DNA of 64,000 nt from Rhizophagus irregularis (lineage: Eukaryota), in the NCBI RefSeq assembly GCF_026210795.1, contig NC_089436.1:1178001-1242000 (forward strand), given 5' to 3'. Below, one piece after another: positions 36,054 to 49,931 of this stretch; position 1 is the stretch's first letter, and every line of letters starts with the position of its first letter. The notes under the pieces were generated by a model. It did no database searches. It saw only the letters and a list, made by a program, of their open reading frames with translations, and was not told the origin of the DNA. A program made the position numbers and the translations under genes.

Positions 36054-38055
36054 TATGAAATTTATGAATAGCGCGGCAGCGCTATGGTTGATATACTTTT
36101 ATGAAGTTTACTGTACATGATAATGAATGAAAATCGTTATGAATTCCGTTAATAAATAAACAAATAGACTTTATAAAGCCAAATTCAATATTAAGGGACA
36201 TCCGATATATCTATTAAATTGAGTATATTTTGTAAAAACTCTCAAAAGTCACCTATCGGGTTGGGAAAAAAAAAATTATCTGACAAACTTATACTGAAGC
36301 TGCTCTATATAATTAAATTTTTCAGTGGCATTGCTTACAAAGTAATCGTACGTAATAAATTCAATTGCAGACATAAATTCACTGTCACGTAATAGTATAA
36401 AAATCAGGCAGTCGAGGGTCAATTTTATTTTGCCACATAATTTTATTTTTATTTTATTTTTAAGATGTAGACACGACTGGAGATTTTGCCACATAATTCG
36501 CCACTCTTAATGGCGAAATGCACCACAGCCAAAAGTGTTCGTGTTTTTTTATGGCGCTTGTTAGCTGCTGAACCCCCAACAAAATATATAATAAATATTG
36601 CTTGACAAACTGAACTTCGTGTTTGTTCGCAATGCTGCTTGCAGAAGTTACATAACTGAAGCTCATTAATATTTCATTGTAAAACTTATAAAAAAAAAAT
36701 TGAAAGAAATGGTTCGTTAAACATGCCGGAGAAAAATATCAACCAAAGAAATTACTGAAAGTGCCTTTTACGTACTTAAACTATACGTAAGGCATGGTAA
36801 GACATGACATATCTCTTTTTGCAAGAACTTTGCAAGAACATTGAAAAGTATACTAGATGTAGAAGCATCATTCATTGGAAGGTATTGATTTTTAAAAAAA
36901 ACTTCCAAAAGTGACACCAAAGCACACAGGCAAATTCTCATTGAATGAGCATTAATGACTAATGAAAATAGCCTATTCCTTTCAACTTTTATAAATACTT
37001 GGTATAAATGGGAAAGATCAGTTCGTCACATGCATAAAGATCACACATGCAAATAAATCATGAATGCCTGAATTTTACGTGGAATTTTTTTCATACGTAT
37101 GTTCAGAGATCTTCCAGATACTTGGTGATCGTGGCGCTTCCAACAAGACTGTGACTCCAGCAATCTTGCCAAAGGCCTTTCTCTGGAATTCCCTAGAGTG
37201 ATCATTTAAACTCTATTGAAACCTACTATGAGCAATCATAAGAATGAGAGATATCAAAAAAATCTTGATCTGGAAGAATTTATGGTGAAATATTCCCAAA
37301 ACTGTTCTAGCAATTTTTAAAATTAAGAGACAAGATCGCAAGTTAATTATTGAAAATAACAGAGAACATATACCATATTAAATTTTTTTAATAGTTATCT
37401 GATCTTCGGCTTTAAAATGTAAACTTCACATGATTTATTAAATATGAGTGAAACAATAATGAGACATGTTAGTGATAAATCTATAAATTCACGTGAAGAA
37501 AGTATTGGAAAGAATAATTTCGATTTTGACTTATTTGATGGGCAACGCGTCCAGAACGGAAATCCGGAACTAGTTTTACTTACCAGTTACCATTTGTGTT
37601 GAATAACGAAAATTTGATGGATTTTTTTTCCTACAGTTTAATAAGAAAATTCCTAATTTCTAAAATATCATCAATAAAATTCTTTATATTTTATTTATTT
37701 ATTATTATAAAGAATTATCTGATTTTTGAGAAATTAAAATTAATGTGACGTCAATTATCATATATGGTGAAATTTTTATTAAAATTGGTTAATTTGTGTT
37801 TGTGATTTTGTACGAAAAATTTTAAAAAACAATTAAAGTCAAATCGCGTGACAAAAACGAAGAAAAATTGCGTTAAAGAAAAATTATGTCGAAGGTGACG
37901 GACGTCGTGATGAATGTCTTTTCCGTCCATACATACAGTTGTGATGTATATGGATCAAAACGAATTATAAATAAGAAGATTGACATTAAAGAATTATAAA
38001 AGTGTACTATAATGTATTTGATTCGATTCACGTTTATGATGTTAAGGTTGTTTTA

Positions 38056-39794
38056 TCAGTAATATACACCAATGGAATCTAATGGACGACTAATATAGAT
38101 GGCATTTTCGTGACATGGTGTAATATTAAACTTTAATTTATCTAAATTTGCGAATTTAGTTTCTTCTGCGACATCAAATTGATCAGATAAATCTGATTGT
38201 TCGGGATCGTCGCATATTGCTGTAACCCAATTTCCTAACCATTCGTAAAGTTGAGATGCTGTTGGTCTAATTGATGGATTCGCATCTAAACATTTTAACA
38301 TTAAACTGGAGAAAACAGGTGGAGTTCCATTGACTATATTCGGTCTGGTTCCCGAACAAATCTCTTGTATAAGTTGTGAATCATGAGGTCTATCACAATA
38401 AGGACGCACACAAGCTGATAACATCCACATAATCATGCCAAAACTATAGATATCAGATTCTTTGGTTGGTGTATTTCCATCAAAGATCTCTGGAGCAACA
38501 AATGGAATTACACCGTAATTTTGTGATATTTTTCCATTAGCATGTCCGTGTAATCCCGTATCTGTGATTTTAGCATCAATTGAATCCAGCTCATTTTCAA
38601 CTAAAATATTTCCTCCATGTAAATGACCATGAACGAGATTATATTCATGAATAAAATTAAGACCAGCTGATATTGACCATAGCATTTCTACGATATCTTT
38701 CCAGCATAGAATTCCCATAGTTTCATCGAGATACGAATATAAATTTCCATTTTTGTAATATCTTATAACGAACATGTAACTTGATGTTGGATCTTTTGTC
38801 ATACCAAAACAATCTGTTAGTGCTCCACTTTGTAAACATTTGTGATATCTGTATAACTATAAAATAAAAGAAAAAAGAATAAGTAAAAAGTGCGTGATCA
38901 TAAAAATAGCAATATAAATTTTGAAATTAATTTTGGTACTATAAAAAACTATTTTAAGTCTATAGTTCTATTGCATTAATTTGTGCCCCATATTTAATAA
39001 AGTAACAAACACATTGGTTGAAAGGATATTTTAATGCTGTAATTTTATACATGGGGTGAATTAGGTTCAAGTCATACCGAAATATTACGACATTACACCA
39101 ATTCGGCATTACACCGGTGTAATGCTGGTGTAGTACTATTTTCATATGAATCTTCGAACAAAAATTCGGTAATATATTTCTCCATTACGCCGCCTTAATG
39201 CCGAACTATTTGAAATAATCACTTCCCCCATGTATAAATTGTTGTATTACAGAAAAAAAATCGGTACAACAAAAGATACGTCATCCTAACAAACCAACCA
39301 ATAATTAAATATCACTTATTACTTCATTGACAAGTTGACGAATAAGAGATATTACTTACTTGGTTTACAAATTCTTGACTGATGTTCTGAGAATTGTCTA
39401 ATCGTTTTAGGATGACCTTAATGGGACCATTGCGAGTCCAAACTTCGGCCTCTTCATCTAGATTCCATCTAGGCCCTTCCATCCATATTGCGGAATAAAT
39501 TGAACTGAAAGCACCTCGTTTATTAATATTTTCGATCAATTCAAATTGGTCAAAATCAATCCATTCAAGATAGTCCATACTCTCATTTGCATTTAGTTGG
39601 GTATCTCTAATAAATTTATCTATTAAGAAATTTCCACTAGTCCAATTATGGAAATTTTCTTTCAAAAATGCAATATCGCAATTTTTACACCATGATACCG
39701 CAGTTCGTTGTTTTTGACAATCTTGACATTCACCATAATCAGCGTTTGAGATAATTTTTTGAGACCTAAAACACGGGTCCAAAGGGTGCTCCAG
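38056..39794 (-). CDS. TKL-family pseudokinase K5 (exons about 39794-39360 and 38856-38056; start codon uncertain)
   Basis: The frame is intact with CQDC..WCKNC, HGHLHGGN, DTG and APE. GT-AG intron 39359-38857. There is no ATG before the Cys motif; an in-frame AAA-CTG-G lies at 39794. Confidence 0.75.
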
Positions 39795-41521
39795 TTTGAG
39801 AATTACTTGTAAAAATTCAAAATTTTGAATTTTGAATTTTTACATTATAAAAATTACTACCTATTTATAAGTAATAAATATATTATAAATTATATAATAC
39901 TTTTAATTTTACATAAGAGTACTTTAATCATTAGATAATCACAGCTCGACAATGAGATCATCTATCAAATATGACGTATTTGTGTAACTTACTTTTTTTT
40001 CATTGTAAATACAAATATTTACTTTTAAGATTATCAATCAATAATCAATCAATGAAATCAATGACAACAAATAAAGAAATATATAAAGATATAAAGATAT
40101 AAAAGATTAAAAGGAATTATGCTCCCGTTTTTAAAAAAGAAAGTAAATTCATTTAATAACATATTCGTCAAGATATTTTTAGCACATAATAATTCATAGA
40201 TTGATAAAATTTGCCAATTCATATGATTCAAAAAGCATGAAATTTTTTTTTTCGTAACACAATAAATTTTTAATTCACTATAACTTTTCCAACAGGGCTT
40301 TATTAAATTCATATTTTGATCTAATAATAATTTTAATTAAAAATCGTTTTCTTTTTTTTAATAAATCATATACTGCAATTTATACGACCAATGAAATTCT
40401 AGATGAAATTCTATTTGATAATCTAAATTTTCGCTAAAGTTATGATAAATATTTATATCATAGTATTGTTTTGTTTATCTTACATAATATAAACTCTACG
40501 GATTTACGTTGCCGGAAATTAAATATCGATCATTTTTCCGAGATGCGATGCTTGAATTTTAAATATTTATTATCATACTTTCTTTTTGATCAATTAGCTT
40601 ACCTAAAACAAGACTATTTATTTACATGTATTCGGTAATGTTTGATAAATTAATATGTATAGAGTAACCCTTTATTTTAATACAAATATAGTAATTGGGT
40701 TACATTCTACAATTGCCGATCGATCTAAATTTGTACAGCTTGCAGCCCTTTCGGAATTATTATAATGTGTATATGTGAATTACATTAAGGCCCACGCAAT
40801 ATTTCTTTGGGCAAAAAATACTCTTTGAGTAACTTTTTCTCCAGAACAGTAAGTTTTAACCATATATACCAAAGTAATTTCAAGTATTATTTTTGTGATA
40901 TCTATAATTTTGTAGTCTATAAATATTTATTATTTATTTATTTATTTATTTATTTATATTTTTACAATCCACGAGACGGATTCCTGATTTATTATTTTGA
41001 ACTTAAGAGAAAATTATATATGAAATAAATTTTTTTGTATTTATAACCTTAGGTAATACTGTATTTACAGTGAAATTGATGTTCAAATTTTTATATTTAT
41101 AAAAAAAAATTCATTCCTTTTTTAAAAATTGATAATTCTTTTTGAATTGAAATAATTTAAATTCAGTTTTAAGCTTAAAGTAAGTTAGACTCGAAAAGCT
41201 GCTTGGTAACACGAATGTTATTTAATTAGATAAACTCTCACATATGCTTTTACTGGAGTAATATACATTTTCAGAATAATTATTTTGTGTAATATAAATA
41301 ATTTACTTATCAAAAAAATGTTCCCTATAAAAAATACAATTAACATATGCATATGATTACTAATTGCCAAAAATAGTTAACAGAAGTATATATATTACTT
41401 ATTTATAAGTTGAAAAGTATTTAAATAATTAGAATTTTCCTTTCATTTATTAAAATAAAAAATTTTAAAAAATTTATAACCGTTTCTTTTAACCTGACAC
41501 GCTTTTTAATCGAGATAAATT

Positions 41522-42791
41522 ATGACTTTAGAAGGTTTATATGACAATTGTACTAATTGCAAACGACAACGAACTGCGGTATTATGGTGTAAAAATTGCG
41601 ATATTGCATTCTTAAAAGAAAATTTCCGCAGTTGGACCAGCGAAAATCCAAATATAGATGAATTTATTAGGCATACTCAACTAAACGCTAATGAGAGTAT
41701 GGACTATCTTGAATGGATTGATTTTGACCAATTTGAATTGATCGAAAATATTAATAAACGAGGTGCTTTCAGTTCAATTTATTCCGCAATATGGATGGAA
41801 GGGCCCAGATGGAATCTGGATGAAGAGGCCGAAGTTTGGACTCACAATGGTCCCATTAAGGTCATCCTAAAACGATTAGACAATTCTCAGAATATCAGTC
41901 AAGAATTTGTAAACCAAGTAAGTATAAATCTGTCACCAAGCGAAATTCAGGTTGTTTATACTGTGGAAGTCAATAAGTCAATATTGGTCAGCATCTCCTA
42001 ACTTTTCAATCAAAAAAAAGTTATATAGATATTACAAATGTGTGCAAAATGGAGCACTCGCAGATTACTTTGGCGTAACTAAAGATCCGACATCATGTTA
42101 CATGTTCGTTATGAGATATTATGAAAGTGGGAATTTATATTCGTATCTTGACGAATCCATGGGAGCCCTTTGCTGGAGAGATATTGTAGATATGTTATTG
42201 TCAATATCCGCAGGTCTCAATGTTATTCATGAATCTGGTCTTATTCATGGACACTTACACGGAGGAAATATATTAATTGAAAGAAAAATGAATTCAATTC
42301 ATGCTAAAATCGCTGATACTGGATTACACGGACCTGTTAACAAACAAATAGCGCAAATTTATGGTGTAATACCCTTCGTTTCTCCAGAAATATTTGATGG
42401 AAATATACCAACCAAAGAATCTGATATCTATAGTTTTGGTATGATCATGTGGATGCTATCAGCTGGGGTACGTCCTTATTGTGACAGACCTCATGATTCA
42501 CAACTCATACAACAAATTTGCTCAGGCTTAAGACCAAGCGTTGTTTGTGGAACCCCCTCAGCTTTCTCTAAATTAATGCTACAATGTTTAATTGCTAGTC
42601 CATCAAGTAGACCTACGGTATCCCAAATTTTCAAATGTTTAGGAGATTGGGTTTCCGGTTTATCAAATCAGTTTGATGATACCGAAGTTCCATTCGCAAA
42701 TTTGGAAAAGTTAAGTCTTCGGTCTTTATTATGTCATAAAAAAGCCATCTATTTTAGCCGTCCGTTAGATTCCATCATTATTCAGTATTGA
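41522..42791 (+). CDS. TKL-family pseudokinase K6 (exons 41522-41917 and 42021-42791; 103-nt intron)
   Basis: CTNC..WCKNC. Donor CAA|GTAAGT, acceptor AAAAAG|TTATATAGA. HGHLHGGN, DTG and SPE. Confidence 0.9.
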
Positions 42792-43524
42792 ATTTTTTAA
42801 GCTATAAAATTACCATATTACTATTTTTTTCGTAAATTTACACATACATTAATTACGTTAAACAATTCTTTATTTATATTTAGAGAAATTACAATTTCGT
42901 AAATTGATTTATTTCATTTAACGTATATTCACACAATCGGGAATTTCATTTATTTATCAATACTCGTTTATTTTATTGTATAAATCGGATTTTTTTTTCC
43001 TAGAACCAAAATTCGAACACCATTTGATAGTAACATTTTAAGCTATTATTATTATTTTTTTTTATGTAATTATGCCGACAATCTTAAGATTTTTATGAAA
43101 AGACATATAATCGGAAAATTGAAATCACAAACACTTTTTATTTAAAAAATTTTTGAGGTGGTAATAATTTACTTTACGATGACATTATCAGTTATGATTT
43201 ATTATTTAATAATCGGGAATTTTTAAGAATAAAATTCAAATATCAAACATCGGCTGATATTTTTTTTTATTTCAACCTGTTTACTGCGTTACTTTTTAAT
43301 ATAAATTCATTGCATATCAATGATATTACATAACTTACAAATTGTTTAAACTAAGTTTAAAGTCGTTATTCAATTTACTAATATCCAATATTGACTGGCA
43401 CTTGAGCAATACGACCACATTCATCAAAATAACTTCTATATTGATGCTGATACAGCAAATGATTTGGATCTAGAAAGTTGCTTGTAAAATTTTACGAGTT
43501 AGTGTATGATGGGGTTCCTTAATG

Positions 43525-43649
43525 TACAGTGAGGGTGTACGATATTAAAGTACGAACTGGCGGGAATTAACTTTAACGCTATCACGTGCAAGTGCATAAC
43601 TCCTAAACTCGGGCCAATTCGTACGTTAATATCGTACACCTTCACTGTA
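43525..43649. mobile_element. pogo/Tc1-like MITE with TA duplication
   Basis: TA-CAGTGAGGGTGTACGATATTAAAGTACGAACTGGC / GCCAATTCGTACGTTAATATCGTACACCTTCACTG-TA, 3 mismatches. Confidence 0.85.
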
Positions 43650-43680
43650 CGTTTGATAGGAAAACGAGAACTGTTAAAAG

Positions 43681-44012
43681 CAGTGATGGCAAATGACCAG
43701 ATCATTTGATCAAATGACAAATGGACCTTTGAATGACCTGGTCATCTGAGGTCATTTGCCATTTGAGTCATTCAAATATAATGTTGTGATTTAGGCCAAA
43801 CTTATGAAGCCGGCCAGAATTACAAATTTATAATGTCACGTGATATATTGCATCTGACGAAAATTGAAATTGTGTAAATAATTTCGGCCCAAATTATGAT
43901 TTAATTTTCAAATGGCTAAGGTCATTTGACATTTAACCTCGAAATGACCCAAATGACACATGACTAATGACTTAGATCATTTGATGTCATTTGGGTCACT
44001 TTGCTATCACTG
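43681..44012. mobile_element. hAT-like MITE
   Basis: CAGTGATGGCAAA / TTTGCTATCACTG termini. The flanks GTTAAAAG and GTTAAAGT form an imperfect 8-bp TSD. Many subterminal AAATGAC/GTCATTT motifs. Confidence 0.8.
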
Positions 44013-47000
44013 GTTAAAGTCTGTCTCATTGCTTAATAGTGAAAAAAATAAAAGGGGGAAAATATATTGATAAAATCAAAGTGATACAAATAAAATCGAA
44101 GAATAGAAAGGTGATACATATAAAAAGTGTATAATCAATAATCGAAAAAAAGGAAACGGGGTACAACTAGCTTATTCAAAAAAAGAAATCGGAAGAAAGG
44201 AAGGTAGGAAATTGCAGGGTTAACACAATTAGTATATGACCGTACAGTCACGCTTCGCCAGACACAACATTGCATTCATATTTAGATATTTTAAATAAAT
44301 CTCATCTTCTCATTATGTTCGAGGTTATATAATTTAATTAAAAACTAATATTTTATACTAATAATTATAAAAAAAATTTTGAAAGGTTTCGCTAAGTTTC
44401 GTTAGTATTGCATCTTTCCTCTCGTTCAATATCTTGTTGATAAATGACAACACATTTAAAAGCAATAATTCCACTTGTTCTAACTTATTTCTTTCAATAA
44501 TTCCTGCTTCTTAAGTTTCATGATGTATGCAAGATTATAATATTATTTCCGTGCGCATAAAACAATAACTGCTTAATAAATATATGTTGTTTCAATTTTC
44601 ATATTTTACTTCTAAAGTGTTAGTGAAAGTAATTTAATTTTCTTTCATAAATAAATTATAATTCATAGACGTGTATTTACGTGCTTTTTCATGCTATATT
44701 GCTATAAGCTTCCTTAGTCTTCAGCACATAGTTTTAAAACGATAAAAAGAATTTGGATATCGGATTAATAAATTATTGAATAAATTAGTAATTGTTTACC
44801 AAAGGAAAAGGATCATTTTATTGGACTTTATAAATACGTTCATGATGATGATTCGTTTATTTGACGATAAATAAGAATAATCAGGTCTTAAGTATACATT
44901 TATACAGTAATTAGAGTATTAGATTTTTTGCCAAATATTGTAATATAGTAAATGGTGTGGGGACGCATTCGTTTCACCGACACACGATATGTGACAATTA
45001 CTAAACACCTGGCCCACATTACGGCATAACTCCGGCCATTATGTTTATACATAGTCAGTGAAATGAAGTAATGAACCACACCTCATTAAATGATGTCGAA
45101 AAGAAAAGCAGATAAATGAACTATTGCTATTTTGCTTAAGATTGGTGTAAGATTATGCTTGTTTATACACTCTCATTCGCAATTTAGTTGTTTATTTCTG
45201 ATTGATCGAGCATTTGATCACGTATTTTATTTGTTGGTGCAACGTGAACGATACGTAAGTAAAGATTATTATGATCGAAATTAATGAAAATTAATTTTCT
45301 CAAACTGACCCGTTCCCAGTCTATAAACTTCTGTTCTAGACTTCCTCTTGAAATTAATACAGCTGACCCGATCTCAACTTTAGGTCACTAGATGTAATCG
45401 CACTTCGAATGGGATAAGGCTAACAACATTCATTACACACAAATCCAAACGTCAAAACGTCAGTAACCAGAGCTGATCCATATATAGGAAATGATAATGA
45501 TGAATCGCCACCCTGGACAATGCGTCGGAACTTACTCTACAGATAAACCTCCTCCTATAACACGAAGGAACGATTTAAGCAGATCTAATTTTTATTTTGA
45601 GTTTGATATTAGTTTAAATTGTTGTTTATTAATTCTGATTTTAGATTTTAATTTATAGATTATATTGGTTATAATTTTATGTTATATTCATAGTTTATTT
45701 AATTTTGTTATTTTTATTTTTATTTTTTATATTATATTATAATTATTCAATACCGGAAATGGGGTTCTTGTTTCAGGGGTTACTACCTACATACTCACTG
45801 GATTCTGCTGGTGTTAGTATAGAAATGTTTTCCTAATAAAGCTACTGCTTCCAATAAGGATAATTAAAAAAAAATGAAAATTAATTAACATCACAAGCTA
45901 TTGAGTTAAGTGTTTGATAAATAATATCAAAAAAAGATTATCATAATTGATTTAAAATTTTTTGGTGCTTCAAAAAACACACCAATAAGCATATGCAATT
46001 CCGTGTACGATATATCAATTGATAAAAAAAGCCGATATTATTTAGATAATATTGATAAATTTATATGCATTAAATATGTATTAAATAATATATTCGAGCA
46101 CAAATTCAGAATATATTTTAATTCGTGATCCGTAAGTCAACGGTACAAAATTATGTCGATCATTGGTAATACTCGATTTTCATTTCTTAAGTAATGCTCT
46201 TTATGTAAACCCATTCAATACCAACATATTTTAATGCATAATATTTATATATTTTCCGATCGCTTGCAGTTGACTCGTTGGATCACGAATTAATTTTTTT
46301 CTAAATGAAAATTTTCATTGCTTAACGCACTCTTTTATTTGAGCTTTTTCTTATAGTTTTTGTAATTAGTACGAAATTAAAATTCTGTCCAATATCAATC
46401 AGCAATGCACAAATACTATTATGCGTTTTTTCCACGAGCCTTTTTTAGAAAGCACTGCCGTCCGTTAAACTTCATTGGATGTAATCTTAGATAATGATTA
46501 TTAAACAATTATGTCAGTTTTGTGTAACGAAGTAGGTAAATCTTACCACAGATAGGCGACGTATGTAACGCACCATCTTACCATCTCAAGTAGTGCAGGT
46601 GATGATTTGTCACAAGGTCACGTGATAGAGGTGGTCGCGTTGTTTATATTTTAATATCTCTGCGACTTAGAATATTTTTTTGTGGTCTGATCTCTATTTG
46701 TCGCTTGCATAAAATGTCACATACTTTATGTGGCGTGATAATGATAATCCCGAGATGTCAAACCGAATTGACATTTTTAAGCCCCTAAATTGCTACATAT
46801 CCAATGATCCATTGAAAATCTATACTTAAATAGTACTATAATAACAGATAAGGAATTATTTTTGAATTAATTTACATATAGAGACTCATTTTTAATGTAG
46901 GATAATATTAAAGTAATAATACATTAATTAAATGAAGAATTAAATTTATGGATTGTTTCAAATTTAGTAATGATATAGGTTTTAATTAGTACTTTTTATG

Positions 47001-47663
47001 TTCGTATTATCACATGTATTGTTTAAAAAGAAATTTAATATTTAGAAAAAAATTTGATTTGTTATATTTGTTTGAAAAATATTTTCTTTGTTTCTTTTTC
47101 ACAAAGAAAAAAAAAGGAACACCCAATTATACAATAACTATAGCGCTGATTTGGAAGTCCATTGTATAGGATAACTTACGTAATATGCAATGACTAAAAG
47201 AAAATTCTAAACATTTTAGTATTTAATATCCGTTTTACATTGTTTCTTAATATGTAAGTAATAATTATGCAATGATTACAAATAAAGTTTCCTATTTGGA
47301 GTTGAATAATTCCGATAATATAAATACTAATTAAATAGTGTATCACATAAAATTAATTAACAATGAAAATCAAAGGGAGAGTCCCTCAAAAAATCAATTT
47401 ACAATAAAAAATTGGTGACTCTTTTTCTTTCTACAATGTAACCAAATCGATAAAAAAAGGGCACTTTTTATGAAAGTCAAGAAAGGGCGAAGATAAAGAA
47501 ATTCAGTTTGCATAACAGAATATTTATAAGTGGGCCTACTCTTGTTAGCTGTCGAATCTATGCAAACTAACACTTTATATGACATCACGCCACCCCAAAG
47601 ACAAGCCCCATTTTTTATAGCACGAATTTGTTTCTTAATATTATTTTAAGAAAATTCCTAATT

Positions 47664-47807
47664 TTAACCGGAGGGAAATTCCTCCCGTGACGAATAATGG
47701 GGTGACGAATAGGATTTTTAATAACAAAAAATTTCTCTGTCTCCAGATTAATTAACAAAAATGAACCCTAACTCTAATAAATATTAGGGGAGGGAATTTC
47801 CCTCCGG
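47664..47807. mobile_element. Inverted, internally deleted second copy of the piggyBac-like MITE
   Basis: TTAA-CCGGAGGGAAATTCC...GGAATTTCCCTCCGG. The body matches the reverse complement of 10544-10734. Confidence 0.8.
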
Positions 47808-48131
47808 TAGGTATTTTCTTATTTTAAACATAATTTATTATCATATATATCATATATTTTGCATAAGTAAAAAAAAACTTATAAAATCTTAGTAAAAAGG
47901 CACAAAAGAAAAGGGATAGTTACTATAAAAACAAATTTGCGATTTCGAAAAAAAAAGAGGTTGGTAACGAATTGAATTTAAAATTAATGGAGTTTTTGAA
48001 CGTTAATTTAAATTTTTAATGCTTATAAACACGATACGAAATTAAAATTGTTTGGTAAACAAACTTATTGTACGATAAATAGATACTCTCTATTTTAATT
48101 CGATTAGGATTAGATGACGATATTTATGCAT

Positions 48132-49931
48132 TCACATTTTCCCAAAGAAAAATGGCGTAGAGGAAGACTCATTATTGATAATAGAATCTAATGGACGACT
48201 AAAATAAATAGCATTTTCATGACACGGTGTATTATTAAACTTTAATTTATCTAAATTTGCGAATTTAGTTTCTTCTGCGACATCAAATTGATTAGATAAA
48301 TCGGACGGATCGGGGTCGTCACAAATTGCTGTAACCCAATTGCCTAACCATTCGTAAAGTTGGGATGCTGTCGGTCTCTTCGATGGATCAGCATCTAAAC
48401 ATTGTAACATTAATCTAGCGAAAACAGGTGGAGTTCCACTAATAACATTTGGTCTTAATCCTGAGCAGATTTCTTGTATAAGTTGTGAATCATGAGGTTT
48501 ATCGTGATAAGGACGTACACCAGCTGATAACATCCACATGATCATACCAAGGCTATAGATATCAGATTCTTTGGTCGGTGTATTTCCATTAAAGACCTCT
48601 GGTGCAACAAAAGGTATCACGCCATACACGTGTTGTGATGGCATTTGTTTATCAAAAGGTCCGTGTAATCCAGTATCCGTGATTTTAGTATCAATTGAGT
48701 CCATTTCGTTTTCAACTAATACATTTCCTCCATGTAAATGTCCATGAACGAGATTATGCTCATGAATAACATGGAGGCCCGCAGAGATTGACCACAACAT
48801 ATCTACAATATCTCTCCAGCAGAGAATTCCCATAGTTTCATCGAGATACGAATATAAATTTCCATTTTTGTAATATCTTATAACGAACATATAACACGAA
48901 GTTGGATCTTTTGTTATACCAAAACAATCCGCAAGTGCTCCATTTTGTAAACATTTGTGGTATTTGTATAACTTTTTTTGAGTAAATTATAAATTTTTTT
49001 AAAAAAAAGCAGAGAAAAAAACAAAGAAAAACATAATATTAATATATATTCTATTGTTTGTAATATAAATAGATTAATTAAATGCATCTAGGTTTTAACG
49101 TAGCATAATTGTTTATATTTGATCTACTGAAGATCCGGAGAAATGTTTATATCCAGTGTTTGTTATTCTGGCTATACCAATTATGCATTAATAATTTATA
49201 CATTCTATGAAAGGACTTAATCATCTAATTTTATTAAGTTCATTCACCAATGGTGGGATATCAATTTAATTCGCGAGCTTATCATAGTTTATTAAACTAT
49301 AATGATAAGCTTCAAAGGATAAAATTAATATCCCATCCAGGTAGAATTTTATGGGGCAATTAATGCATAATTTATAATTTATTTCTAGATATAAAAGGAC
49401 ATTTGAATATATAATCAATTTTGAGATTGACAGCAGATCAATCTCAAAATTCGTTAATAAGATACTTTTATTTTATGTACTTACTTGATTTATAAATTCT
49501 TGACTCATATTTTGAGAATTATCCAAACGTTTCAATACAACCTTAATTGGGCCATTACGATTCCATACTTCGGCTTCTTCATCTAAATTCCATCTTGGAC
49601 CTTCCATCCAAACTGCCGAATAAATTGAACTAAAGGCACCTCGCTTATTAATATTCTCAACTAAATCAAATTGATCAAATTCAATCCATTCGAGGTGGTC
49701 TATATTTTCATTAGCACTTAATTGAGTATCCCTTATAAATTTATCAATTATAGAATTTCCGCTGGTCCAGCTACAAAAATTTTCTTTCAAAATCGCTATA
49801 TCGCAATTTTTACACCATGCTACTGCAGTTCGTTTTTGTTTACATTCTGAACAATTACCGTAAGATTGAGATTCATTTTGAGATCTAGAAGGGCTCAGTG
49901 AACGAAACGAAGATTCAGTATTATAATCCAT
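48132..49931 (-). CDS. TKL-family pseudokinase K7 (exons 49931-49485 and 48971-48132)
   Basis: ATG at 49931. CSEC..WCKNC. GT-AG intron 49484-48972. HGHLHGGN, DTG and APE. Confidence 0.9.

Noticed and set aside
36276..37350. ORFs 36276-36494 and 36460-36666 and adjacent coding-like sequence
   Set aside because: No recognisable motif. It may be a transposon relic, but I cannot support that.
1064..46626. Recurrent TCACGTGA E-box/CDEI-like motifs
   Set aside because: This short palindrome mostly lies inside repeats and shows no consistent position relative to genes.
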